A stretch of 64,000 nt of DNA from Chiloscyllium plagiosum (lineage: Eukaryota), in assembly GCF_004010195.1 (NCBI RefSeq), contig NC_057750.1, positions 9,065,642-9,129,641 on the forward strand, read 5' to 3'. Under the pieces are notes generated by a model, which saw nothing but the letters and a program-made list of their open reading frames with translations, was not told the DNA's origin and did no database searches. Position numbers and translations under genes: made by a program. Every line of letters starts with the position of its first letter. Positions within the stretch are counted from its first letter, which is position 1. Below are positions 1 to 13,172 of this stretch, piece after piece.

Positions 1-386
1 CAGGGCATCAATGTGGACTTCACCAGTTTCCTCATTTCCCCTCCCCCCACCTCACCCCAGCTCCAGCCTTCCAGCTCAGCACCACCCTCATGACCTGTCC
101 TACCTGTCAATCTCCCTTCCCACCAATCCACTCCACCCTCCTCTCTGATCTATCAATCCATCCCCACCCCCATCCACCTATCGTACTCTTTACTACCTTC
201 TCCCCAGCTCCACCCCCCTCATTTATCTCTCCACCCTGGAGGCTCCCTGCCTTCAGTCCTGACGAAAGGCTTTTGCCCGAAACGTCGATTTTCCTGCCCC
301 TCGGATGCTGCCTGACCTGCTGTGCTTTTCCAACAACACTCTAATCTTGACTCTGATCTCCAGCATCTGCAGTCCTCACTTTCCCC
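1..386 (+). mobile_element. Penelope-like element, 3' end (GIY-YIG C-terminal tail plus 3' UTR/pLTR)
   Basis: Frame from base 1 reads QGINVDFTSFLISPPP, matching LGTLQPQGMNSDFTSFLISPPP at 63770-63955(-). Ends in the family terminus ...ccagcatctgcagtcctcactttcccc. Confidence 0.8.
255..290 (+). ncRNA. Minimal type I hammerhead-ribozyme motif inside the Penelope-like 3' region
   Basis: agtc-CTGACGA-aa-ggc-tttt-gcc-c-GAAAC-GTC-gatt: CUGANGA box, stem II, GAAA box, GUC triplet (putative cut after 286), 4-bp stem I agtc/gatt. Confidence 0.6.
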
Positions 387-886
387 NNNNNNNNNNNNNN
401 NNNNNNNNNNNNNNNNNNNNNNNNNNNNNNNNNNNNNNNNNNNNNNNNNNNNNNNNNNNNNNNNNNNNNNNNNNNNNNNNNNNNNNNNNNNNNNNNNNNN
501 NNNNNNNNNNNNNNNNNNNNNNNNNNNNNNNNNNNNNNNNNNNNNNNNNNNNNNNNNNNNNNNNNNNNNNNNNNNNNNNNNNNNNNNNNNNNNNNNNNNN
601 NNNNNNNNNNNNNNNNNNNNNNNNNNNNNNNNNNNNNNNNNNNNNNNNNNNNNNNNNNNNNNNNNNNNNNNNNNNNNNNNNNNNNNNNNNNNNNNNNNNN
701 NNNNNNNNNNNNNNNNNNNNNNNNNNNNNNNNNNNNNNNNNNNNNNNNNNNNNNNNNNNNNNNNNNNNNNNNNNNNNNNNNNNNNNNNNNNNNNNNNNNN
801 NNNNNNNNNNNNNNNNNNNNNNNNNNNNNNNNNNNNNNNNNNNNNNNNNNNNNNNNNNNNNNNNNNNNNNNNNNNNNNNNNNNNNN
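387..886. other. Assembly gap (500 N)
   Basis: Run of N. Confidence 1.
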
Positions 887-2072
887 TGTGGGCAGTGCTG
901 TTATCTGTGGAGGACGAGAGAAAAGGGACCCCTTTTCATTAAACCCCAAACCCTATGAAATAGGGACTTTATTCACATGGAGGGGAGGTGGGGATTTGTG
1001 GGGCGGGAGAGGATCGAGAGACCCCCATATCGTCTTTGTTCACCATTCACATAATTACAATACCCCACTACCCACCCCATGAGAAAGGAGGGTCACAATG
1101 GGATGCACAGGTCCATCCAGTACAGGCCAGGACATTCTGAACCAAAGTGATGTCTCAAACAGGCAGAGTGCCATGGACAGGTGGGGGGTAAATGAGGTGA
1201 GGTAGGGGTATATGGGGTGGGGGTAAATGGGGATGGACTGGGGGTACTCGCTGCTCCTGGTGGGTCTTCAATCACAGAATCCAGTTCCTCATCTGAGAAG
1301 GTCTTGACGTTCTGGTGATCTGATTCCCCTGTTTCCCAGGGAATGTTGAGGTGAGGGATGCTGAACCCTGGCGTTTGAGTGTCCCCACCCCACCCCATCT
1401 AGAGAATTTGCTATTCACTGGAGGAGGCCTTCGCTGGCTGGGCCCAGCATTTACTGTCCAACCCTAATTGTCCTTCAGAGGTGTTAGGAGTTGCCTTCCA
1501 TGGGGCGTAGGGTTAAGGAAGCTCATTCACTCACAGCTTTATCTGTAGTCCAGCCCCCAAGTCTCTGAATGTAACCCCATTTAGCCCCTCAATGTTTGAG
1601 TAAGGCTTACTTGTGTCATAAACTTGCTCTAGGTGAAGATAAGGGGTTGTGTCGCTCTGTGTTTGTGTGTGTGTGTCTGTGTGTGGGTGTCTGTCTGCAT
1701 TTGGGTGTGTGTTTGTGTGTATGTCTGTCTGTTTCTGTCTGTTTGTGTGTGTGTGTCTGTGGAGAGGGGCACATTGACTCCCATGTTTAGCTGCTAACAG
1801 CTACTTTTGATTCACAGTCTGGGCTGTCAGATAACACAGAGACCCCAGGGAGAGTTTTCCCTGGCTCTTTCTCTCTGCTCCCACCACCTTTCACCTCGGT
1901 TCACAAGACTCAGCCCCCACCAATCATCTCCCCCCAAATCCCACCCCCATTCCTGGATGTTGAAGGAAATGGAAGTGAAGCAGCAAGATGATTGATTTCT
2001 TTGGCACTGACTGACCCTGATCCACACTCGTCAGATTTAATTAATCCCCTTCTGAACCTCATGGTCAGGGAT

Positions 2073-2099
2073 CTGTGTGTGTGCGTGTGTGTCAGGGTC

Positions 2100-2138
<39 letters not shown>

Positions 2139-2345
2139 ATGTATATGTGTGTACCTGTGTGGTAGCTGTCTCTGTGTGTGTGTATACATCAGTGTCTCTG
2201 TGTATATGTGTGTGTGTAGGTCTGTCTGTCTCGTGTGTGTGTGTGTCTCACTCTCTGTGTATCTCTGTGTAAGTGTGGGTGTACATCTGTGTCTGTCTCT
2301 GCACATGTCTGTGTACATGTGTACATGCATGTATGCGTGTGTCTC
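2073..2345. repeat. Degenerate (GT)n/(CT)n microsatellite (similar tract at about 1655-1760)
   Basis: gtgtgt/ctctct runs. Confidence 0.9.
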
Positions 2346-3083
2346 CGTGTATTTTAAGGTAAGCTGCTTCATTGCCTTTCTCGAAGCTGTGATTGGAGGA
2401 TGAGGCACTGCAATGTTTAGCGAGCGGTGTGATGGTAACTGTGGAGACAGAGGGCTGGTGGGACAGGGGAATGTCCGGGTGGGCTTGTGTGTCTGTGGGG
2501 GATGAGTGCATGGTGTGTGAGGAGGGGTGTGTGTGTCTGGAGGGGTGAATGTGGGGTATGTGAAGAGGCGTATGTGCATGTGTCTCCCTGGGAGGTGAGT
2601 GCGGTGAGTGTGTGTCTTTGGGGGTGAGTGTTGGGTGTGTGAGGAGGCGTGTGTGTGTCTGGGGGGTGAGGGTCACATGGTGAGGGTACAGCGTACTAGT
2701 GATGATAAGTCTTGCTCTCTGCTCTGTGGCATTGCTGCCCACACAGTACGCAGCTACTCCATGAAACACTGATCTGTCCAAGTCTGTCAACACCAACCTC
2801 CCCTCACCCCGCACTCCTAGCCCATTCCTGCTGAACATCCAGTCACTCATGACCCCCAACTCGGGTGCACTTGTCTCTGCCTCCTGTCCGTTTCCTTCAT
2901 TCTAATCTAGGGTGAAGGGGGTGGGGAGGTGGAGTCAGGGTGGCTGGTGGGGTGAGCAGTAAGGAGATGGATCTAGGACAGCGCTTTCACTGAGAATGAA
3001 GCAACTCACAAAACTGGGAAATTGGGACACGTCCCAGACTCCACCTTGCTCTCGTGGTTTATCGGAAGCAGCAATCCCTGAAC

Positions 3084-3270
3084 TGTGTGTGTGTGTGTGG
3101 TGTGTGTGTGTGGTGTGTGTGTGTGTGTGTGGTGGGTGTGTGTGTGGTGGGTGTGTGTGTGGTGGGTGTGTGTGTGGTGGGTGTGTGTGTGGTGTGGGTG
3201 TGTGTGGTGTGGGTGTGTGTGGTGTGGGTGTGTGTGGTGTGGGTGTGTGTGGTGTGGGTGTGTGTGGGTG
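3084..3270. repeat. Compound GT-rich microsatellite with 15-bp higher-order units
   Basis: (gtgtgtgtgtggtgg)n followed by (gtgtgtgtggtgtgg)n. Confidence 0.9.
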
Positions 3271-4389
3271 TATCTCTGAGAGAATGCCTGTCTCTCTCAG
3301 TCCACTACAACTGATGTCCTTTCCCCTCCAACACCGACACACCCCCCCCTTGGTGGATTCCTGTCTGATTCCTTCCACCTTGCACTCCCTCAGCCCGCAG
3401 CTAGAGCAGGGTCACAGGTTGCCCTATGATCTGTGCCAGTCCCTGCTGGGCACTGCACTCTGTCACTGTGTTTCTGATACCATCGCAAGGCTCCAGGCAC
3501 TGACCGGCGAAATCTCATAAAACACTGCACAGCAGACGGAATCCCTGATCAGAATAAAATGCAGCTCCCAAACTGAGATTTAGCAAGCTCCCGTTGGTAT
3601 TGGATCGTGGGCAGTTTACTGCGTTGCACTGGGCTGTTTAAAAGCAAAGTTACACAGTTCACACATTCTCAGTTGCACACGCTCTCGCACACTCACAAGC
3701 GCTGATGCTTGCACACTCACATGCTCACACACACATGCTCACGCTCGCACACACTCACATGCACTGACGCTTGCACACTCCCGTGCTCACATGCACACGC
3801 TCACACTCACACAATCAAATGCTCACACACACTCTCACTCTCTCGCATGCGCTCTCGCTCTCACCCTCACTCGTGCTCACTTGCTTTCTCATGTCCTCTG
3901 CCGTATTCAGATTTACTTTTGAATGACTTTAGCATCGCAGCCTTGGACTGGCATTTCGGTGGTGGTGGTAGTGGTGAGGGGGTCCCTGCGAAATTGGAGC
4001 TACCAGGGCAGGTGGTTAAACCCGAGCCCCATCCCTCGGGTGGAAACAAAGCGTCCCCAGGGACAGTTGGCCTGATGAGTGCCATTACCCCAGCCGGCCT
4101 TCAGTGACAGGTCAGCGGCTCGCCAACCGCATCTTGCTGCCAGTGGGATCTTGCTGTGCGATGGCGCTTGGCTGCACCTCTGAAAGGCCTCTGGGGCTGT
4201 GTTCAGGGTCGGGCTAGAGTCTCCCCGAGAATTGGGGATGGCGCTATGGGTGTCCTGTGGGCCAGCACTGTGTTTCCGATTGACAGCTACGGAATGGGGG
4301 AATTGAACCTCCGACCTTTGGCACCAATCAGAGCAGCTGGCCGTTTCCCTGGGTTGCCATGATGGCCATGGCTTTTGCTGTGGAGTTTT

Positions 4390-5045
4390 TTTTAATTCAT
4401 TCACAAGATGAGGGCATCGCTGAGCACTTAGTGCCCATCCCTAATTGCCCAGAGGGCAGGTTAAGAGTCAGCTGCATCGCTGTGGGTCTGGATTCACATG
4501 TAGGCCCAGACCAGGTAAGGTTAGCAGTTTCCTTCCCTAAGGGGCTTTAGTGAACTGGATAATGAGTGGAATGGATAGAGTCAATAACCAGAGACTTTTC
4601 CCCAGGGCAGGATTGACTGGCACGATGGGTCATAGTTTGAAGATATTAGGAGGAAGGTATAGAGGAGACGTCAGAAGTAGGTTCTTTACGCAGAGAGTTG
4701 TGAATGCATGGAATGCGTTGCCAGCGGTGGTGGTGGAAGCAAAGTCATTAGGGACATTTAAGTGACTGCTGGGCATGCCCATGGATAGCAGTGAGTTGAG
4801 GGGTGCGTAGGTTAAGTTATTTTATTTTAGATTAGGAATAATCCTCGGCACAACATCGTGGGCCAAAGGGCCTGTTCTGTCCTGTACGTTTCTATGTTCT
4901 ATGAATGGGCCATCATTAGACTCTCAATCCCAGATTCTTCACAAAATTCAAACTTCACCATTTGCCATGACGGGGGATTCGAACCCGGGTCCCTGGACCA
5001 TTACCTGGGCTTCTGGATAACTAGTCCAGTGAGGATACCACCAGG
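4390..5045 (-). mobile_element. tRNA-derived SINE, family 2, interrupted by a CR1 3' fragment
   Basis: Reverse complement of the 41322-41650 element (tctggcctacatgtgactccagacccacagc core; B-box-like ggttcgaatccc near 4975-4990). Confidence 0.7.
4558..4903 (+). mobile_element. CR1/HER1-type LINE 3' fragment, young subfamily with (TTCTATG)n tail
   Basis: Encodes FFTQRVVNAWNALPAVVVEA..LGTFK; 3' UTR gggccaaagggcctgttctg..ttctatgttctatg; same subfamily at about 27177-27393. Confidence 0.85.
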
Positions 5046-7402
5046 CATGTTGATGGTAGAGGGTCCCCAGGACATCCAGGTGATCTCTCCTGCTCTTACT
5101 GCCCCCTGTTGACATGGGTTGGAAGTATCTGAAACTTGATGCTATCCCTGTCGGAGAGGCTTTACCGACAACCCTTCCTTAGTGCCACTGGTAGCAGTAC
5201 ACGGTTGGCATTGGAGCCCAGCGATTCTGGCTCTAGGCAGAGGTGACTCTTCACTGTACCTCAATAGCTGGCACCCAGTTAGGTTCGCCAGGGGCCTGGG
5301 CACTCTTGAGGGTTTGGAGGTTGGGTGGGTGCTGGGGGCAGTGACATTTCCAGTGACCAATGTTTCTTAGGAAATGCCGCTGCCCACAGAGATGAGGCAG
5401 TCTGCATTGGCAGATGGTCGAGGTGGTGACTGGCGCACTGGGTTTACAATGATATCCGATCTGGGTTTGATCCCTACTTTGGAGTGGGGGGGGGGGGTGT
5501 GGTAGGGTGGAGGAATTGTGTTGTTGCCCCTCCTCAGCCACTGAGTTCGCTGCCCTTTTACCCCTCAGCAGACCTCTTTCTGGTCCTTATCGGGCGTCGT
5601 CACATCCCAATCCCAATATTGCCGCCTCTCGAAGTGCTGTAGTCCCGGAGAAAACAGCAAGCCCCTGGGAGGGATATTGGGACAGCAGCGGAGATTTTGG
5701 GGGGGGGGGGGCTTTTTGATGAGGAGGTGGGGGCAGGGAGACAGAGATTGAGCCAGAATTCCAGAGTAGCGGACCTTAATGATCAGGGCCTACACATAAA
5801 TCCAAATCCATAGCAACGTGGTTGTTGCCTAACCCTCCCTCTGAAACAGCCAAGAGAGCCATTCAATTTGAGGGGTGATCGGGGAAGGGGTTTGGTGCGG
5901 ATGTTGACCTTAATCACCGAGATTCTGGAATTCCGGGGAAGAGTAAAGAGAAAAATTGAAGGGCAGGCCCCAAAAGATTTGACAGAAATCTTTAGACAGA
6001 AGTTTAAGGTGAGAGGGAAAATTTTGTCTGGGGTAAATAGAGGTTAGGGGAATGGGTCTAGGTGGGATACGCTTTGGAGGGTCGATGTGGACTTGTTGGG
6101 CTGAAGGGCCTGTTTCCACACTGTAGGGATTCTAATAATTTAAAATGGGCCTGAGGGACAACTTTCTCACACAGAGCGGGGTCTGCGTATGGAAGTGGAA
6201 GAGGTGGAAGGACAAAATGTAAAAGACATCTGGATGGGTATATGAATAGGAAAGGTTTAGAGGGATATGGGCCAGACGCTGGCAAATGGGACTCGTTCAG
6301 TTCAGGAAACTTGGTCAGCTTACTGAAGCTCTGTGCTCTATGACTCTAAATGGCTAAAGGGATGGGGATTGGGGATTTTGAGGGGGGTGAGGGCCGGTGC
6401 AGCTGATTGCTGAGAGCGGTGGAGGCTTCAATGGTGGGTGGGAGTGAGCTGGGCCCTCAGTCATTTCCAGTGCGTCAAATACCAGCAGACCAACAAAAAT
6501 AACCAGGCAATCCTTAACGTGAGAAATTAGGTGATGAGTTTAGCTCAAACACCACCCCCAACCTCGCTGCCCCCAACACACACACAGACAAATTGAGAAA
6601 CAAGAGCGTGACCGTTGAAGTGTAGGCCGAAGCCTGCTTTGTAGTGATGGTGGGCTGTATCGGGGGAGACCATGTGCATGCGTGAGGGTGCGAGCATGAG
6701 TGTGTCCAAGTGGGCATGTGTGAGTGTGTAAATTTGCTTGTAAACGTGCCAGTAGAGTACACAAGGTCGCTTCTTCCAATTGCGACGATGTTTTAATTGC
6801 GCCTCGTTGAGATGCGACTGCAGCGTTGCTGCGGTAACTCTCTGGTGCAGCCGCTATTTCCGGAGATGTGGGAATCCTATTATTTACAAAGAACTGCCAT
6901 TGTTTGGGGCTATTTTAACAATAAACACTGGGAAGGGGAGGGAGGAGTTTCGAGTGTTGATGGACCACTTGCGCGTTTATTTCCCTGATTTTGAGTGCGT
7001 TGTGTTTGCAAATAGTCAATGACGGAGGACATCGCTGTAAAATCCTGCTTCGTTCGCGCTAGTCCCGACCCCCCCTCCCCTTCACCTCCTTGCTCTGCAG
7101 TGTCTCAAGAACATCAGTATTCAGAGCATGTAGGGGGAGAGAGAGAGAGAGAGAGAGAGAGCTGGCAGATTCAAATGCGGGTTTAGTGACCGCCCTCTGC
7201 TACTGTGGCAAGGCAGGAGTGCATTGTTCACTTTGTTTCCCCACCCCCTGTGTGGCCTCTGATTTAACCCATTCCATAGGCCCCCCGATTGCCCCCTCCC
7301 ACTGGGTGATGCACGGGATTTGGCAGATGGTGGGAGGGCTGGGTTTTTTTTTTACCCCCCCTCCCCCCCCAGCACCCGGCAAAGAAGTCGATGGTGCTGC
7401 CT

Positions 7403-7735
7403 GGTGATGGGGGGGTTATTGGGGTGGGGTTGGGCGGATGGAGTGGGTGATGGGGGGGTTATTGGGGTGGGGTTGGGCGGATGGAGTGGGTGATGGGGGG
7501 GTTATTGGGGTGGGGTTGGGCGGATGGAGTGGGTGATGGGGGGGTTATTGGGGTGGGGTTGGGCGGATGGAGTGGGTGATGGGGGGGTTATTGGGGTGGG
7601 GTTGGGCGGATGGAGTGGGTGATGGGGGGGTTATTGGGGTGGGGTTGGGCGGATGGAGTGGGTGATGGGGGGGTTATTGGGGTGGGGTTGGGCGGATGGA
7701 GTGGGTGATGGGGGGGTTATTGGAATGGGGTTGGG
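7403..7735 (+). repeat. 43-bp G-rich minisatellite, about 7.7 copies
   Basis: Unit ggtgatgggggggttattggggtggggttgggcggatggagtg starting at 7403, 7446, 7489 ... 7704. Confidence 0.95.
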
Positions 7736-8387
7736 TGTTGAGTATGAGTGGAATTAAGAGTCCATCGATGGCCATGAATTGATTGTGAAAAGCCCGTTTA
7801 CTAATTCAGTAATGTCCTCGTGCCTCCAAAATCTATCAATCGCTACTCGAAACCTACTCAATAATGGAGCTTCTCCAGCCCCTGCAATAAATCATAAAAA
7901 TGATCCTCTTTTCCATCTAAAATATTATTATATTAATATTAAAACCTCCAAACTGCATCTCTATGGTTTCTACAGACTCTAAGTCTTTTCGGGTATTTTT
8001 GATGAGATTGAAGAGGGAGCGGGGAGATTGTGTCGGATAGCAGTTAGGTCCAATGCATTGTTGGAACGATTCACCTGCTCTGATGTAGCGTGGGGTGAGG
8101 GTTAAATATTAGATGATCTATTGTGTCAGTCACGAAGCATTTGAGATCCACTTGAAATTTCGGGGTGCCAACCGCTGGCCCCTGTCCACCTTTGACCAAA
8201 CCATCAGGGGTCAAAGTTGAGGATTATTTGGCCTGTAATGTAAATCCGTATGCTGGGTGATTCCCGAAGAAAAACCTTTGTGTTCGTCTTACTTAACGTT
8301 TCCACTTCTCAATCCTTTCCGAACTGGCCCGGAGTCCTTTGCAGTCTTCATCTTGGAAGAGCGTATTTGATTTGGAAAGCAGTTCAG

Positions 8388-8975
8388 AGAATTCCTACAG
8401 TGTAGGAGCAAGCCATTCGGCCCATCAAGTCCACACTGACCCTCTGAAGAGCACCCAGACACATTGCTTTACCCAATCCTGCATTTCCCATGGCTAACCC
8501 AACTAACCTGCATATCGCTGAACACTATGGGCAATTTAGCACGGCCAATTCACCCTAACCTGCACATCTTTGGACTGTGGAAGGAAATCCGTGTAGATAT
8601 GAGGAGAATTTGCAAACTCCACACGGAACTAGAGGGCATAGGTTTAAGGTGAGAGGGGAAAGGGACCTGAGGGGCAACATTTTCACACAGAGTGTGGTGG
8701 TGTGTATGGAACAAGCTGCCAGAGGAAGTGGTGGAGGCTGGTACAATTACAACATTTAAAAGGCATCTGGATAGATATATGGATAGGAAGGGTTTAGAGG
8801 GATATAGGCCAAGTGCTGGCAAATTGGGACCAGATTAATTTAGGATATCTGGTCAGCATGGACGACTTGGACCGAAGGGTCTGTTTCTGTGCTCTGCATC
8901 TCTATGACTATCTCCTGAGGGTGGAATCAAACCCAGGTCCCTGGCACTGTGAGGCAGCGGTGCTAACCACTGTGA
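8388..8975 (-). mobile_element. HE1-type SINE split by a CR1 3' fragment (about 8627-8908, +)
   Basis: ctaacctgcacatctttggactgtgg and ggcactgtgaggcagcggtgctaaccact flank a CR1 tail (ggaccgaagggtctgtttctgtgc..ctatgact). Confidence 0.8.
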
Positions 8976-9314
8976 AGGGTTTGTCTTAGGAGGAGAGGTT
9001 GAGTGGGTTGGGCCTATGCTCATTGGGCTTCTGAAGAATGAGAGGTGACATTCTTGAACCAGAATGTTCTGCAGGACGTTAGCAGGGTAGGTGCGGAAGA
9101 GGGTGTTTCCCCTTTTGGGGATTTCTAGGGGGCACAGTGTAAAGATGAGGGGGGGGGGTCTCTTATTTAAGACTGAGATGAGCAGGAACTTTCCTGTCAG
9201 AGGATTGTACCTCGCCATCCCCAGAGGAGGCCGGGTCATAGCCGAGGTTGCGTTTGAGAAATTGTTGATCAGCAGGAGAGTCGAGGGTCACGCACGACGC
9301 TGGAGTTGAGAAAC

Positions 9315-9950
9315 ATAGAGAGGGATAAGGGCTGGAGGAGGCCATTCAGCCCTTTGAGCGTGCTTCACTATGCAATAGAATCATGGCTGATCATCCGACT
9401 CCGTCCCCTGGTCCTGTTTTCTCCGCCACACCTTTTGATCCATTTGGCCCTCAGCAGTATATGTAACTCTGTATTGAAAAAAGATTGAGTGTTATGGCCG
9501 CTTTCTGTGACCAAGAATTCCACAGCTCCCCCTCCCCCCATTCTCTGTGTGAAGACATTTCTCCTCATCTCAGTCTGAAATGGCCTACTCATAATCTTAC
9601 AGCATGAGGCCTGGTTCTGGACTACCTGGTTCATCGGGAATATCCTGCCTATATTTACCCTGTCTAGCCCGGTTAGAATTTTAGGGGTTTCGATTCCCCC
9701 GAAACGTCAGTGAACGTAATCCTAACTGACCCAGTCTCTCAGTCCCGCCATCCCAGGGATCAGTCTGCCCTCCCTTCGTCGTCAGAGCATCCTTCCTCAG
9801 ATAAGGAGACCGAAACTGCACACAATACTCCAGGATGTGGTCTCAAGGCCCTGTATAACTTCAGCAAGACACCCCTGCTCCTGGGCTTTAATCCTTTCGC
9901 TGTGATGGCCGGCTTTGCCTTCCTCACCTGCCTTCATGCTTATAGAGGCC
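9315..9950 (-). mobile_element. Older CR1-type LINE 3' fragment
   Basis: Minus ORF RPFQTEMRRNVFTQR; aactgcacacaatactcc motif. Confidence 0.7.
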
Positions 9951-11204
9951 ACAGCCAGACCGGCCATGATCGCACGGAAGGCCATAACAAGCCCTAGGGG
10001 CCAAATGGCCTCCTCCTTCTGTTTATTGTGACTGCTTATGGGATCCTGCTGTGCCTCAAAGCCCCCCTCACCAAGTGGCCTTCAAGGTGAGCAGGGGCCT
10101 GGGACACCTCAGCCTTGGGTTCCACCAGGTCTTCCCAGAGGCCAGTACACCCCCGCGGGAAGGGGAAGGGGGAAGTGGGGGGGGGGGGGGGGGTGGCGTT
10201 GGGATGTAAACAGGACACCCAGCAGCTGCTGCCAGAGCCTGAGGTTTCCCGGATCACGGCCTCTGCGAGTTCCTGCCAAAGCGTAGAACAATAACAGGAA
10301 ACAGTTGGCGAGGAGACAAGGAGCTGTGTGTCAAGGAAGCTTCCGGACTGGTTTTTTTTTTGTTTTTGGAAAGCCGAGAGGGCGGGTTCTGCGAGAGGCC
10401 GAAAGAGAAACAAAAATGGCCGTCGCTCAGTCTGTTCTGACACCTCCCCCAAGGGGTGAAGCCAGGCTGTGCTGTCCTTCCAAGGCAAGTCAAAAACGCT
10501 AGAGATCTGGCATTGATCACAAAACACAACCGTCCGGGTGTCTGTGTCTCCAAAGTGAGGATAACTGATCACTCTTTGCCACAGAGACCATACCACTAGG
10601 CCCCAAAATTGACCCAGGCTTTTACTGACACCGGCTTAGTTAGGCTTCTGCTGACCAGGCCATTTCCCACCCACTGTCCATCCTGCAGGGGTGTGGCCCA
10701 CCACAAGATTCAGTATGAGGGTACACGGGGAAGGAGAGTTCGGGGCCCTAGGCCGGTGTGTGCCTGGGTTCCCGACTCCCTGGGGTTGACCTGGAGTCTC
10801 CAGCACATTCATCTTAAACAGGTTCACAGAAGGAATTCAGTCAGGGACATTGCCGAACCAGGAGGTCATAGTCTAAGGCTACGGCGTGGGACTGAGATGA
10901 GGAGAAATGTCCTCACCCACAGAGCAGGGGACCTTGTGGAACTCTCTGCCATGGAAAGTGGTTCGGGCCAAAACATTGAATGCTTTCAAAAAGGAGTTGG
11001 ATATGGTTCTTGGGGCAAAAAGGATGAAAGGGAATGGGGGAGAAAGCAGAAACAGGGGAGTGATTCGGATGATCGGCCACGATTATATTGAAATGGGGGA
11101 AGTGGGCTTGAAGGGCTGAATGGCCTGCTCCTATTTTCTACATAACTAGGAAAGAGAGGCTTTCTGTCGAGAGTTGGTTTTGTTTTGATGGCGAGGAGGG
11201 GAAG

Positions 11205-11795
11205 AGGTTGTAAGTTTGCTCGCTAAGCTGGCAGGTTTGTTCTCCGACATTTCATGCTTGGTAACATCAGTGAGCCTCCGGTGAAGCACTGGTGTGCGAT
11301 CCCGCTATTTGGGTGTCTTGGTCTCTTAAGATGGGTGATCTCATTTCCGATTCCTTTTCTCAGAGGTTGGTAAATGGGGTCCAAATCAATGTGTTTATTG
11401 ATAGAGTTCCAGTTCGAATGCCAGGCCTCGAGGAATTCCTGTGCATGTCTCTGTTCAGCCTGTCCGAGGATGGACACGTTGTCCCAATCGAAGTGGTGTC
11501 CTTCTTAGTCTGTAAGTAAGGTTACTAGTGATAGTGGGTCATGTCTTTTGGTGGCCAGTTGGTTTTTGTATATCCTGGTGGCGAGTTTTCTGCCTGCTTG
11601 TCTGATATAGTGTTTGTTTACAGTCCTTGCACGGTGTTTTGCAAATGACATTTGTTTTGCTGGTTGTTGGTATAGGGTCCGTCAGTAGCTGTTTGCGTTT
11701 TGGTAGGTTTGTGGGCTACCACGATGCCAAAGGGTGGGAATACTCTGGTAGTCATCTCCGAGATGTCTTTGATGTCGGGGAGAGTGGCTAGAGAA
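11205..11795 (-). mobile_element. Penelope-like element (family C), GIY-YIG endonuclease remnant plus 3' end
   Basis: Minus strand reads ATLPDIKDISEMT..VAHKPT, KTPCKDC, KHYIRQAGRKLATRI..QLATKRHD, SILGQAEQRHAQEFLEAWHSNWNSINKHIDLDPIYQPL with frameshifts. Confidence 0.85.
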
Positions 11796-12109
11796 AGGGA
11801 AGATGGCGGAGTTGGGAGCGTTTGTGATGTCAGTCCCAGGAACATGGTTGACCACCAGTTGGAAATCACCATGAAGGCCAGCAAGACTGTGCCCATCCTG
11901 TGGGGTTTGTTGGATCCTGAATCACTGCCAGGATTGCCTGAACTTTCCGATAATGCTGAGCCAGGGATGCTGATGGGGAGAAAGGGAGTTGGAATCTCAG
12001 TCCCATTCACTTCACAGAAACCCTTCAGCTTGCTCCAACCCTGCACCCTCTCACATTCCCTCTCCACACGTTAAAACAACCCGCCAGGCCGCACTTAAGA
12101 GCTTTGCCT

Positions 12110-12618
12110 TCAGTCCTGGTCGCCGCCACATTACAGGAAGGATGTGGAGGCTTTGGAGAGGGGTGCAGAAGAGGTTTACCAGGATGGATAGAGGAAATGA
12201 GCTATAAGGAGAAAAACTCTGATTGTTTACTCTGGAGACTGAAGGGACACTTAATGGAAGTCTGTAAAATTATAAGATGCACAGATAGAGTTGACGGTCA
12301 GAATCTTTTTCCCAGAGTTGAAATGACTAATATTAGGGGGCACTTGAGGTGAGAGGGGGAAAGTTCAAAGGAGATATGAGAGGTACATTTTTTTACCCAG
12401 AGAGTGGTAGGAGTCTGGAACATGTTGCTGGGGATGGTGAAAGAGGCAGGTACAATAAGGACATTAAAGGGGCTTTTAGATAAGCACATGGATATGCAAG
12501 GAATGGGGGGGATATGGTCCAAGGGCAGGCAGAAGGGATTAGTTTAATTTGGCGTCATATTTAGCACAACATTGAGGGCCGAAGGGCCTGTTCCTGTGCT
12601 GTACTGTTCAATGTTCTT
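12110..12618 (+). mobile_element. CR1-type LINE 3' fragment
   Basis: VQKRFTRM, VCKIIR, DRVDGQNLFPRV; tail gggccgaagggcctgttcctgtgctgtactgttc. Confidence 0.85.
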
Positions 12619-12929
12619 TATCTGGGCGATGGAGTGATTATAGATGAGTTGAAAATTGCAGCCTCTGTGCTGGTTAATCAGAGCAAAATTGAACCCAAGG
12701 CTTTCACGTTGGGAATAAAATAAGCTAACAGTATAAATAGGCTGAAGTAAAAATATCGAGCATTCATCTTCGAACCCACACTGCTCTGTGTGGGAGGACG
12801 ATGTGTTATACTGAAGCCGTGTTCTCAAACGCCGCAAAACTCTTCCCTCTCAATGAGCTGCAGGGATTGGTATCGCTTGGCAGCCATTTTGTACACAAGG
12901 TGATCCCACTGTTCCAAAAGGACCATCTC

Positions 12930-12951
12930 CTTCTCTCTCTCCCTCCCTCAC

Positions 12952-12987
<36 letters not shown>

Positions 12988-13172
12988 TACCTTTTCCTCT
13001 ACATTTCTCTGTCTCTCTCTCTCTCTGTCTCTGTCTCTCCATTTCTTTTGCCCTCTCCCTTTCTCTCCCTCTCTTCCTCTTCCATGCTCTCTCTCTCTCT
13101 CCCCCCCTTTCTCTCTCTCTCTCCCTCTACCTTTCTCTCTCTCTATCTGTCTTTCTCTCTCTTTCTCCCTCT
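12930..13172. repeat. (CT)n-rich low-complexity tract (another at about 22131-22450)
   Basis: ctctct runs. Confidence 0.9.

Noticed and set aside
305..958. Long ORFs here and at 18719-19790 and 63097-63831
   Set aside because: They run through N gaps.
2037..3520. Several His/Thr or Cys/Val-rich ORFs
   Set aside because: Translations of GT/CA microsatellites.
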